Below, piece after piece: positions 12,001 to 20,072 of a stretch of 64,000 nucleotides of DNA (positions are counted from its first letter, which is position 1; every line of letters starts with the position of its first letter). The stretch spans positions 64,001 through 128,000 of the forward strand of contig CBFGIV010000001.1 in assembly GCA_965648915.1 (NCBI GenBank), in the 5' to 3' direction. The notes under the pieces were generated by a model that was given only the letters and a program-made list of their open reading frames with translations, was not told the origin of the DNA and made no database searches. The position numbers and the translations under genes are program-made. This DNA comes from a candidate division WOR-3 bacterium. Its GTDB lineage: Bacteria; Hydrothermota; Tepidihabitantia; SM23-42; CAYGYG01.

Positions 12001-12291
12001 GCGATGGCAGCTACGGCCCGAGCTGTCACAATTCTTGCGAATAGAAAATATTTTGCTGAAGCAACTGTTTCTACGGTAAATGAAGAGCTTTGCGCTGGTT
12101 GTGGTATTTGCAGTGGACTCTGTCCTTATGAAGCGATTGAAATCGTCTCAGTTGAAAACAGACGTAAATCCAGGATAAATGAAGTTCTGTGTAAAGGTTG
12201 TGGAACCTGTGTCGCTGCCTGTCCGGCCGGTGCCCTTGAGCAATATGGATTTACCAGGAAACAGATTGGAGCGATGTTGAAAGCATTATGA
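9004..12291 (+). CDS. hdrA: Fusion: NuoG/HydA N-terminal Fe-S module + remainder of a large two-FAD HdrA
   Basis: CYH..GACRLCLVE..ASC [2Fe-2S], CVLCGLCVRMC, CMVCGACYFICP; then HdrA motifs IPFPQAVP, IEFERIL, CVGSRD, YCSSVCC, GPKDIPETV, RIGVFVCHCG, second GGGISGM FAD domain, CSRICC, C-terminal 2x[4Fe-4S]. ATG 9004 preferred over 8947. Confidence 0.9.
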   Translation: MVKFNINGIPVEIERGKTILQAAQKLGIPILTLCYHRSLTPYGACRLCLVEIHKKGRKLIQASCQYQVEDDIDIKTETPELQKIRQIMISLHLARAPRARKIIEIAEKLGVTKSDLITQDENCVLCGLCVRMCKERMGRSAINFAMRGERRKITTPFDLKSPVCMVCGACYFICPTVSEKLKEVSARSAQPIPDEFDERLRSRPVIHIPFPQAVPNLALIDKEHCVHLLTQECRICEDFCEAQAIKFDQQEDLIKIDIGSIILAPGFDEFDARRKSEYGYGRFNNVVTSIEFERILSASGPFQGHLLRPGDKKEPKRIAFIQCVGSRDPQVGVNYCSSVCCTYAIKEAIIAKEHSKNGLEVTIFYMDIRTFGKGFESYYERARSEYGIHFVRAGVSKIEEDPQTKNLKVYYESEDGEIKQEEFDLIVLSVGLMPRVDSAQLARKLRINLNIHGFCRTSEFMPVDTMQDGIYVCGAFAGPKDIPETVTQASAAAARAMEMLAPVRHTLTVKREPPPELDVSNQETRIGVFVCHCGINIGGYVDVLAVVECIKDEANVVYVDHNLYTCSQDTQKRIIEKIKEHKLNRVVVASCTPRTHEPLFRETIREAGLNPYLFEMANIRDQCSWIHMQEPKEATEKAKDLLRMAVAKARYLKPLKRVEIEVTPKALVIGGGISGMVASLALANQGFEVFLIERDTELGGYARYINYTIEGRNIQNFLNLTIEKVRKHKLIRLFTNAEIESITGFIGNYESEIRKSDGSKERFKHGVVIVATGAQEYKPTEYFYGKNPRIITQRELEKVLDENRYKELDVIGLRRNAQPGFDITQLNSVVMIQCIGSRDEAHPYCSRICCSQAVKNGLRLLEENPNLNVYILYKDVRTYGLREDLYRRAREAGIVFIKYDNDHTPELSWTVDGRIIMSVFEPILKENIDLVPDLCILSTGIEPNQDNAILAKMLKVPLNTEGFFLEAHVKLRPVDFATEGIFVAGMAHSPKTIDESICQAMAATARAVTILANRKYFAEATVSTVNEELCAGCGICSGLCPYEAIEIVSVENRRKSRINEVLCKGCGTCVAACPAGALEQYGFTRKQIGAMLKAL

Positions 12292-12710
12292 TGATAAACA
12301 ATTTCAAACCCAAGATACTTGTTTTTTGCTGCAACTGGTGTTCTTATGCCGGGGCTGATCTGGCCGGTGTTTCGAGATTACAGCTAAATCCTAACTTCAG
12401 AATTATTAGAACAATGTGTTCAGGTCGGATTGAACCAGAATTTATTATTGAAGCCTTCAAAAATGGTGTTGATGGTATTCTGGTAACCGGGTGTCATCCT
12501 GGCGATTGTCATTATATTTCAGGGAACTACAAGACATTAAGAAGATACTATTTGCTCAAAGAGATGCTCAATCAGTTTGGTATCGAAGAGGAGCGTTTTC
12601 GGCTTGAGTGGATCTCGGCTGGTGAGGGGATAAAATTTCAAAAAATTGTAAATGAATTTATTGGGCTAATTGAAAAACTGGGGAAGCTGAATCTTGACTC
12701 GCTGCGTTAG
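12288..12710 (+). CDS. mvhD: MvhD/FlpD-type [2Fe-2S] subunit
   Basis: FCCNWCSYAGADLAG, MCSGR, GCHPGDCHY, WISAGEG. Confidence 0.95.
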   Translation: MMINNFKPKILVFCCNWCSYAGADLAGVSRLQLNPNFRIIRTMCSGRIEPEFIIEAFKNGVDGILVTGCHPGDCHYISGNYKTLRRYYLLKEMLNQFGIEEERFRLEWISAGEGIKFQKIVNEFIGLIEKLGKLNLDSLR

Positions 12711-12753
12711 GAAGCAGGTACAGCAAGAAAAATAAATAATTAACAACATAAGA

Positions 12754-12781
12754 TTGACTTAATAATAAACTTTGATAGAAT
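12754..12781 (+). promoter_or_regulatory. Sigma70-type promoter (extended -10), probably leaderless transcript
   Basis: TTGACT-N16-TAGAAT with TG at 12773-74; ATG only 6 nt after the -10; no SD. Confidence 0.7.
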
Positions 12782-12787
12782 TACATT

Positions 12788-14698
12788 ATGCAGCTCTCAC
12801 TCAGGGCAAAGTTAATTGTGAGTTTTGTTCTGGTTGTTCTGGTTAGCGGTATTGTCAGTATCGTTGTCGGTACTCGACTAATTGGTGATAGAATAATTAA
12901 ACAGGCACAAGATAAAGTTCGGACAGATCTGAATTCGGCGCGGGAAATTTATAGAGAAGCAATGAAGGATGTTCTTAATACAGTACGTTTTCAGGCGTCG
13001 AGAACACTCCTGAGGCAAGCAGTTATAAGAAGAGATCGTAAATACCTGATGAATATCTTAAATCAGGTTTTAACCAGTGAACCCGTCGATATCCTTGATG
13101 TTATTGCACCTGATGGTTCCGTAATTCTGCGCATTCAGAGTCCTGATTGTTTTGGCGACAATATCAAAAATAACAAACTTATCGATTGGGTTATAAGAAA
13201 CAAAAGACCGATTTCTTCCACTTTAATTATTCCGGAAAGTGAGTTGAGACGGGATGGTAGTAAACTTGCGGAGCAGGCTAAAATCACAATCCTGCCCACA
13301 CCCAAAGCTAAAGTCCAGCGAACGGGTGATGAAAGATCAGGTATGATGATTGCTGGTGTGGCACCGATTTTTGATGAAGGGCAGCAGTTTATCGGCATAA
13401 TTTATGGTGGTAAATTATTGAATCGTAATTATGACATTGTCGATAAGATTAAAAACACCGTTTTTCAGGATGAGAAATATAAGGGCAAAGATGTCGGGAC
13501 CGCGACGATATTTCAAGGTGATCTCAGAATTTCAACGAATGTTACAAATCTTGATGGTTCGAGGGCAATTGGAACCCTTGTTTCCAAAGAGGTTTATGAA
13601 GCGGTCCTTGAGAGAGGTATCCCCTGGATTGCCCGGGCCTTTGTTGTCCATGATTGGTACATAACATCCTATGAGCCAATACGAGATATCGACGACAGCA
13701 TTATTGGTATTCTCTATGTCGGTATTCTTGAACAAAAATTTACCGATCTGCGAAACAGTGTGGTCTTAACTTTTCTATTGATTACGATGCTTGGTATCGC
13801 TTTTGCGGTGGGGCTCTCATTTTTGCTGGCAAGTGGGATTGTTCGCCCGTTGCAGCGTTTAACTACGGTAGCCCAGAAAATTGCCGGCGGAGATTTCAGT
13901 CAAAAAGTGACCATCAGTTCGAAAGACGAAATTGGTAATCTTTGTTCAGTTTTCAATTTTATGGTCTCATCGATCCAAGAGCGGGACCTGAAACTCAAAG
14001 AATTTGCTCAAGCCAAAATCGCTGAGGCAGAGCGTTTAGCTTTAATCGGTCAACTTGCTGCAGGTGTTGCTCATGAACTAAATAACCCTCTATCCGGGAT
14101 AGTACTTTATAGCCATATGCTTATCGAAAAGATGAATGCGGATGACCCAAGGAGAGAGAGTCTGGAAAAGATTGTAAAAGAAAGCCAGCGTTGCCGAAAT
14201 ATTGTTAAAGGACTTCTCTATTTTGCTCGCCAGACTGAACCGCAGATAAAACCATCAAGCATCAATAAGATTATCGAAGATGTCCTTTCTTTACTTGGAG
14301 GGCAAACGATCTTTTTGAATATTAAAGTCAATAAATTTTTCAATCCTGACCTCCCCCCGGTAAATGTTGATGAATCCCAGATTCAGCAAGTTTTTATCAA
14401 TATAATTATGAATGCAGTTGAGGCGATGAATTATCGAGGCGAATTGACAATTACGACCAATTTTACCGAGGATAAGAAAAATATCTTTATCTCATTTGCG
14501 GATACCGGGTGTGGTATTGCTAAAGAGAATCTATCCAAAATTTTCGATCCCTTTTTTACGACTAAAGAAGTTGGCCATGGTACTGGATTGGGATTATCAA
14601 TAAGTTACGGGATAATTGAGAAACATCAGGGTAAGATAAAAGTAGAGAGTGAACTGGGTAAGGGCTCGACATTTACAGTCGAGTTGCCCGTGACATAA
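12788..14698 (+). CDS. Membrane sensor histidine kinase (Cache-HAMP-HisKA-HATPase, NtrB-like)
   Basis: Two TM segments; Cache motif ATIFQGDLRISTN..RAIGT..WYITSYEPI; HAMP; AHELNNPL; DPFFTTK..GTGLGLS. Confidence 0.93.
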   Translation: MQLSLRAKLIVSFVLVVLVSGIVSIVVGTRLIGDRIIKQAQDKVRTDLNSAREIYREAMKDVLNTVRFQASRTLLRQAVIRRDRKYLMNILNQVLTSEPVDILDVIAPDGSVILRIQSPDCFGDNIKNNKLIDWVIRNKRPISSTLIIPESELRRDGSKLAEQAKITILPTPKAKVQRTGDERSGMMIAGVAPIFDEGQQFIGIIYGGKLLNRNYDIVDKIKNTVFQDEKYKGKDVGTATIFQGDLRISTNVTNLDGSRAIGTLVSKEVYEAVLERGIPWIARAFVVHDWYITSYEPIRDIDDSIIGILYVGILEQKFTDLRNSVVLTFLLITMLGIAFAVGLSFLLASGIVRPLQRLTTVAQKIAGGDFSQKVTISSKDEIGNLCSVFNFMVSSIQERDLKLKEFAQAKIAEAERLALIGQLAAGVAHELNNPLSGIVLYSHMLIEKMNADDPRRESLEKIVKESQRCRNIVKGLLYFARQTEPQIKPSSINKIIEDVLSLLGGQTIFLNIKVNKFFNPDLPPVNVDESQIQQVFINIIMNAVEAMNYRGELTITTNFTEDKKNIFISFADTGCGIAKENLSKIFDPFFTTKEVGHGTGLGLSISYGIIEKHQGKIKVESELGKGSTFTVELPVT

Positions 14699-14755
14699 TG
14701 CAGTAAAAATTATATCTTGATTTTTTTTAAATCTTAGATATATTCTTGCTCTTTT

Positions 14756-15220
14756 ATGAAAAAAATAGACCGGATAATTAAAAAATATCCTGATCCTAAA
14801 AGAAGCATTATCCAGATTCTGCAGGATATTCAGTCTGAATATAACTATCTATCTTTTGAGAATTTAAATCTTGTTGCTAAGAGACTTAAGATCCCGCTGA
14901 GTCGGATCTATAGTATTGCTACATTTTACGCTGCATTCAGTCTTCAGCCCCGGGGTAAACATCTGTGCACGGTTTGTCTTGGTACAGCCTGTCATGTCCG
15001 GGGTGCACCCGATGTCTTAAATCGTATTGAGGAGCGGCTTGGCATTAAGGCCGGGACCACAACAAAAGATAATCTTTTTACCCTCGAGACGGTTAATTGC
15101 CTTGGGGCCTGTGCCCTTGCGCCGATTGTTGTAATCGATGGCGAATATCATGGTCAAACAACTGTAGATAAAGTTGATAAATTGATCGATAAATATGCCA
15201 GTACTCCATCAGAAACATAA
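14756..15220 (+). CDS. NuoE/HydC-like [2Fe-2S] subunit
   Basis: [26 protein letters not shown]. Confidence 0.93.
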   Translation: MKKIDRIIKKYPDPKRSIIQILQDIQSEYNYLSFENLNLVAKRLKIPLSRIYSIATFYAAFSLQPRGKHLCTVCLGTACHVRGAPDVLNRIEERLGIKAGTTTKDNLFTLETVNCLGACALAPIVVIDGEYHGQTTVDKVDKLIDKYASTPSET

Positions 15221-17030
15221 GGGTTTCCGTTTAGATCTACTTGTCTGCGCTGGAACCGGTTGTGTTTCCAATCGTTCCTTTGCGGTTAAAGAAGCGCTGG
15301 AGAAAGAGATCGTACGTCGGGGCTTACAGGATGAAGTCCGGGTTATTGCAACTGGATGCCAGGGATTTTGTGAACGAGGACCGGTCGTTATTGCCCAGCC
15401 CGATGCGATATTCTATCAAAAAGTTACCGAAAGAGATGTACCATATCTGGTTGAGGAACATCTCATAAAAGGACGACCGGCAAAGAAATTGATGTATGTG
15501 CCGGAAAAAGAGGTATTACCTGTTCCTAAGATGTCCGACATTGGATTTTTCAAACATCAGCGGCTCATTGTTCTACGAAACAGGGGCAGGCTTGACCCGG
15601 AAAATATTGAAGAGTATATTGCGTTTGATGGTTATGAGGCACTGCAGAAGGTTCTGACATCGATGAAACCAGAGCAGGTTATCGCCGAAATAAAAAGATC
15701 GGGATTGAGGGGAAGGGGTGGGGCAGGATTCCCAACCGGCACAAAATGGGAATTGTGTCGCGCTACCCGAGGCAAGCCCAAATACATAATTTGTAATGGA
15801 GACGAGGGCGACCCCGGTGCATTTATGGATAGGAGTGTTCTTGAGGCAGACCCCCATTCGGTGATCGAAGGTATGCTCATAGGTGCTTATGCGATTGGGG
15901 CTGAAAAGGGGTTTATATATGTGCGAAAGGAATATCCGCTTGCGGTAAAGAGAATGCACATTGCAATTAATCAGGCAATAAAGTATGGCCTACTGGGAGA
16001 TGATATTCTGGGCACAGGGTTTAATTTCTCCATCGATATTGTTCAGGGTGCCGGGGCATTTGTCTGTGGTGAGGAGACTGCATTGATCGCTTCGATTGAG
16101 GGCAGGGTGGGCCGGCCGCGAACCCGGCCACCGTATCCGGTAGAAAGAGGGTTATGGGGTAAACCGACCAATATCAACAATGTCGAAACCTGGGCCAATG
16201 TCCCGCCGATTATATTGCGCGGTGCGGAATGGTTTGCTTCGATCGGGACGGAAAAGAGTAAAGGGACAAAGATCTTCTCGCTGGTAGGTAAGATAAACAA
16301 TACCGGGCTGGTTGAGGTGCCAATGGGGATCACTCTGCGCGAAATTATTTATGGAATTGGTGGTGGAATCCCTAACAACAAGGAATTCAAGGCAGTCCAG
16401 ACCGGTGGCCCTTCGGGTGGATGTATCCCCAGAGAACACCTTGATCTGCCTATCGATTATGAAAGTCTAACTGCGGTCGGTTCGATGATGGGATCGGGTG
16501 GTATGATTGTAATGGACGAGGATACCTGTATGGTCGATGTTGCTCGTTACTTCTTAAATTTTACCCGGCAGGAATCCTGTGGTAAATGTCCTCCCTGTCG
16601 AATGGGTATAAAACAGATGGTTGAGATCCTTAACCGGATAACCCAGGGCAACGGTGAAGAAGCTGATATCGATTTTCTGGAAAGGGCCAGTGAGAGTATA
16701 AAATCTGCGTCCCTATGTGGTCTTGGTCAAACCGCACCCAATCCAGTGCTGACAACGATTCGATATTTTCGTAATGAGTATCTTGCTCATGTTAAGGAAC
16801 GAAGATGTCCGGCTCTGGTCTGCAAAGCACTCGTCTCTTATTACATCGACCCAAAATTGTGCGGTGGGTGTGTGGTCTGTGCCCAAAAATGTCCGGCTCA
16901 GGCAATAAAAGGCGAACCCAAAAAGGTATATACTATCGATCAATCGAAATGCATAAAATGCGGTATCTGTTTAACTGTCTGCCCGCCAAAATTCAGAGCG
17001 GTTAAGAAGGTCTCCCCGGTGATAAAATGA
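15195..17030 (+). CDS. NuoF/HydB-like NADH-binding subunit (bifurcating-type architecture)
   Basis: N-terminal [62 protein letters not shown]-terminal 2x[4Fe-4S]. Confidence 0.93.
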   Translation: MPVLHQKHKGFRLDLLVCAGTGCVSNRSFAVKEALEKEIVRRGLQDEVRVIATGCQGFCERGPVVIAQPDAIFYQKVTERDVPYLVEEHLIKGRPAKKLMYVPEKEVLPVPKMSDIGFFKHQRLIVLRNRGRLDPENIEEYIAFDGYEALQKVLTSMKPEQVIAEIKRSGLRGRGGAGFPTGTKWELCRATRGKPKYIICNGDEGDPGAFMDRSVLEADPHSVIEGMLIGAYAIGAEKGFIYVRKEYPLAVKRMHIAINQAIKYGLLGDDILGTGFNFSIDIVQGAGAFVCGEETALIASIEGRVGRPRTRPPYPVERGLWGKPTNINNVETWANVPPIILRGAEWFASIGTEKSKGTKIFSLVGKINNTGLVEVPMGITLREIIYGIGGGIPNNKEFKAVQTGGPSGGCIPREHLDLPIDYESLTAVGSMMGSGGMIVMDEDTCMVDVARYFLNFTRQESCGKCPPCRMGIKQMVEILNRITQGNGEEADIDFLERASESIKSASLCGLGQTAPNPVLTTIRYFRNEYLAHVKERRCPALVCKALVSYYIDPKLCGGCVVCAQKCPAQAIKGEPKKVYTIDQSKCIKCGICLTVCPPKFRAVKKVSPVIK

Positions 17031-17058
17031 TGAATATTTAAAAGATCAGGAAAGATTT

Positions 17059-19212
17059 ATGACAAAGTTGACAATCGATGGCAAAAAAGTTACCGCCCGG
17101 AAGAACGAGACAGTTCTTGAAGTCTGTCGACGGGAAGGTATTTATGTTCCCACCCTCTGTTATCACGAAAGACTATCGCCTTACGGTGGTTGCCGGCTCT
17201 GTATTGTTGAGGTTGAAGGGAATCCCAGACCGATGACGGCCTGCACGCTACCGGTTCAGGAAGGTATGGTGGTCAGGACCAACACACAGTTATTACAGGA
17301 ACTCAGGAAATTCACCATCCAGTTGATCCTATCTGAACACCCACATTCCTGTTTGATCTGCACTAAAAAAGAAGAGTGCGCTAATTATATGGAATGCATC
17401 GAAAAAGAACCGATTACCTTCGGCTGTAAATTCTGTTCTAAGAATGGAGATTGTGAATTACAGAAACTTGTTGAAGAATTTGGTATCAGGGATATCCCTT
17501 TTCAATTTTCTTACCGCGGGCTTGAACCCGAAAGATATGATCCTTTCTTTGAACGTGATTATAATCTCTGCATACTCTGTGGTCGTTGTGTCCGGATCTG
17601 TCAGGAAGTTAGAGGTGCCGGGGTTCTCGATTTTCATCACCGTGGTCCTCAAACGCTGGTTGGTACTGCTTTTGATTTAAAACATCTTGATGTTGACTGC
17701 CAATTTTGTGGGGCCTGTATCGATGTCTGCCCGACCGGTGCTCTGGCCGAGCGTTACCGTAAATATCTTGGCCAGGAGGATAAAAAGATTTCCAGTTTGT
17801 GTCCATTGTGTTCACTTGCCTGTAAAATAAGTTTAAGTGTTAAAAATGGAGAGGTGATCAATTCAGCGCCGGACGATAGTGATCTCTGTGTGCGCGGTCG
17901 ATTCGGGATCGCACCGATGATCAATCATCCGAAGCGCATTACAGAACCTCTTTTAAAGAAGAATGGCCGGACGGTTAAAGTTACCTGGGATGAGGCATTA
18001 AATTATGCAGCAGAGAGATTGAGAGAAAATTTAGGATTTTACGGTGTAATTTTTTCAAGAAGCCTGCCCCTTGAGGCGCTTGCGTCACTCAAAGGGCTAA
18101 AAGGCGGTTATTTTGGAGTCGATGGATCTTGGTTATCCACCAAATCTTTGAATCTTAATTGCCTCTCAATTAAATCAGCCCTTATTATTTTATGTACCGA
18201 TATCATTGATGATTTTTCAGTCTTGCTCCTTAAAATAAAAAAGAAGTATAACCTGCCGCTGATCGTTATCGATCCGATCCAGACCAAAACAGTTAAGATG
18301 GCCGATGTCTGGCTCAGACCCGAGCCCGGGAAGGAAACAGAATTTTTAAGACTCATTTTAAGTAGATCTAAACTAAAGCCCGGAGCACATTTTGATGTTA
18401 TGAGACTGGCTGAAGCCCGGGGTCTTCTGTATGGCCGGAAGCCGGTCTTGATCTATAACCAGACAAATATTAAAGATATAAAACTGCCGGAGGGTATTCA
18501 CCATCTAACGCTCAGTCCCTTGCCCAGTATTGAAAAGGTGCTGGAGTTTAATCCTATCGATATGAGCAGGTTGGTTTCCAATCCAGATCTCAAGGCTCTT
18601 TATCTGATTGGTGAGACCCCTTGTCTATCACGCGCCTATGAAACAGTAATTATCCAGGATCTGTTCCTGCCACCTTTTGATTTTGATATCTTCCTGCCGG
18701 CGGCCGGGCCAGGTGAATTTGATGGTAGTTTTATTAATATCGAAGGTAAGAAAGTCACTTTCAAAAAAGGTGTAGAACCTCAAGGTGAGGCAATGTCCGA
18801 TAAGTGGATTATTGACGAAATTGTTAGAAGAATGGAGCCGATTGGATTGATCAGCGCTCCGGATCTAAATTTTGAAATCTCGTATCGGGATCGAGCAGAG
18901 ATTTACGATAAGTATCCATTCCACCTTTTAGTCCGGGATAACTGTTATCGGTTCCGTGGCTTCTCCCTGTCATCAGTATTAAAGGGTTTTGAACGGATAC
19001 ACCAGGATCACTCTCTCTGGATTAACCCCGGGGATGCGAGGAGATTAAAATTAAAAACCGGTCAGATGGTCGAGATCAGTGGTGAAGACTTAATGGCCAG
19101 AATAAATATCTTTATCACCGAAGCAGTACCCAGGGGTTCGGTTTTTGCCTATCGAAATCCGGCACTGGGAATCATCAAAAATCAGCCCGTCAGATTGAAA
19201 AAGATAGGATAG
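17059..19212 (+). CDS. NuoG/FdhA-like Fe-S subunit with a degenerate molybdopterin-oxidoreductase domain
   Basis: [2Fe-2S], HPHSC..C, CILCGRCVRIC, CQFCGACIDVCP, CPLCSLAC..LCVRGRFG; eroded catalytic region but retains GSFINIEG and a C-terminal INPGDA..L molydop-binding-like end. Confidence 0.8.
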   Translation: MTKLTIDGKKVTARKNETVLEVCRREGIYVPTLCYHERLSPYGGCRLCIVEVEGNPRPMTACTLPVQEGMVVRTNTQLLQELRKFTIQLILSEHPHSCLICTKKEECANYMECIEKEPITFGCKFCSKNGDCELQKLVEEFGIRDIPFQFSYRGLEPERYDPFFERDYNLCILCGRCVRICQEVRGAGVLDFHHRGPQTLVGTAFDLKHLDVDCQFCGACIDVCPTGALAERYRKYLGQEDKKISSLCPLCSLACKISLSVKNGEVINSAPDDSDLCVRGRFGIAPMINHPKRITEPLLKKNGRTVKVTWDEALNYAAERLRENLGFYGVIFSRSLPLEALASLKGLKGGYFGVDGSWLSTKSLNLNCLSIKSALIILCTDIIDDFSVLLLKIKKKYNLPLIVIDPIQTKTVKMADVWLRPEPGKETEFLRLILSRSKLKPGAHFDVMRLAEARGLLYGRKPVLIYNQTNIKDIKLPEGIHHLTLSPLPSIEKVLEFNPIDMSRLVSNPDLKALYLIGETPCLSRAYETVIIQDLFLPPFDFDIFLPAAGPGEFDGSFINIEGKKVTFKKGVEPQGEAMSDKWIIDEIVRRMEPIGLISAPDLNFEISYRDRAEIYDKYPFHLLVRDNCYRFRGFSLSSVLKGFERIHQDHSLWINPGDARRLKLKTGQMVEISGEDLMARINIFITEAVPRGSVFAYRNPALGIIKNQPVRLKKIG

Positions 19213-19215
19213 ATA

Positions 19216-20040
19216 ATGATTAAGATTTTAAGGCACGAACTTATCGTTCCCAATATCCATCTGATGATGCTTGAAACCGACACTATTCACCGGAATGCCC
19301 GGGCAGGCGAATTCGTTGTGGTTCGGGCTGATGAATACGGAGAGCGGATTCCTCTGAATCTGATCGACTGGGATCAGCAGAGTATAACTACAATCTTTAT
19401 GGAAGTAGGAACATCAACCAGAAAACTAAGTAATCTTAAGGCCGGGGAGATGATTGCCGATCTGGCTGGTCCTTTAGGGCGACCGACGGAGATTGTCCAG
19501 GATAAGAGAATATTATGTATTGGGGGTTGTTATGGTATAGGTGCCCTCTATCCGGTTCTGCGAACTTTCAAGGAGAATCGAAACTTTATTATTACCGCAA
19601 TTGAAGCGCGAAGCAAGGGCCTATTATATTGGCAGGAGAGGCTGAAGATGTTCAGCGATGAACTATACGAGATTACCCGGGATGGGTCAAAGGGATTTAA
19701 GGGGCATATCAATGATTTTATTAACTTTTATCTTGCTCAAAACAGGGTCGATATGGTCTATGCTCAGGGCTGCACATATCTAACCTATCTGGTATCGGAG
19801 ACGACGCGACCTCACGCAATAAAGACAATTGTCGGACTGAATCCGATTATGATTGATGCAACCGGGATGTGCGGTGTCTGCCGTGTAATTATTGAGGGTC
19901 AAACCAAATTCGCCTGTGTTGATGGCCCGGAATTTGATGGCCATAAGGTTGACTGGCCCAACCTTTTAAACCGGCGTCATACCTATATTGAACAGGAGCG
20001 CAGATCATTGAGTTTCTATGAATGTGAACTATATGGTTAG
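19216..20040 (+). CDS. nfnA: NfnA/SudB small subunit (FAD/NAD, [2Fe-2S])
   Basis: GERIPL, EVGTST, GPLG, NPIMIDATGMCGVCRV, FACVDGPEFDGH. Confidence 0.88.
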   Translation: MIKILRHELIVPNIHLMMLETDTIHRNARAGEFVVVRADEYGERIPLNLIDWDQQSITTIFMEVGTSTRKLSNLKAGEMIADLAGPLGRPTEIVQDKRILCIGGCYGIGALYPVLRTFKENRNFIITAIEARSKGLLYWQERLKMFSDELYEITRDGSKGFKGHINDFINFYLAQNRVDMVYAQGCTYLTYLVSETTRPHAIKTIVGLNPIMIDATGMCGVCRVIIEGQTKFACVDGPEFDGHKVDWPNLLNRRHTYIEQERRSLSFYECELYG

Positions 20041-20072
20041 AGATTCAATTTCAAAATTGGAGCTTGATTCAT

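Noticed and set aside
4921..19212. Respiratory complex I (nuoEFG) or [FeFe]-hydrogenase/formate dehydrogenase
   Set aside because: No nuoA-D or nuoH-N, no H-cluster motifs, no NiFe large subunit, and the Fdh-like domain lacks a recognisable active site. These are soluble diaphorase modules.
3453..19212. Selenocysteine recoding in HdrA, MvhD or the Fdh-like subunit
   Set aside because: The usual Sec positions are Cys codons (e.g. MvhD GCHPGDCHY). The TGA stops at 5811 and 12291 overlap the next ATG and end complete domains.
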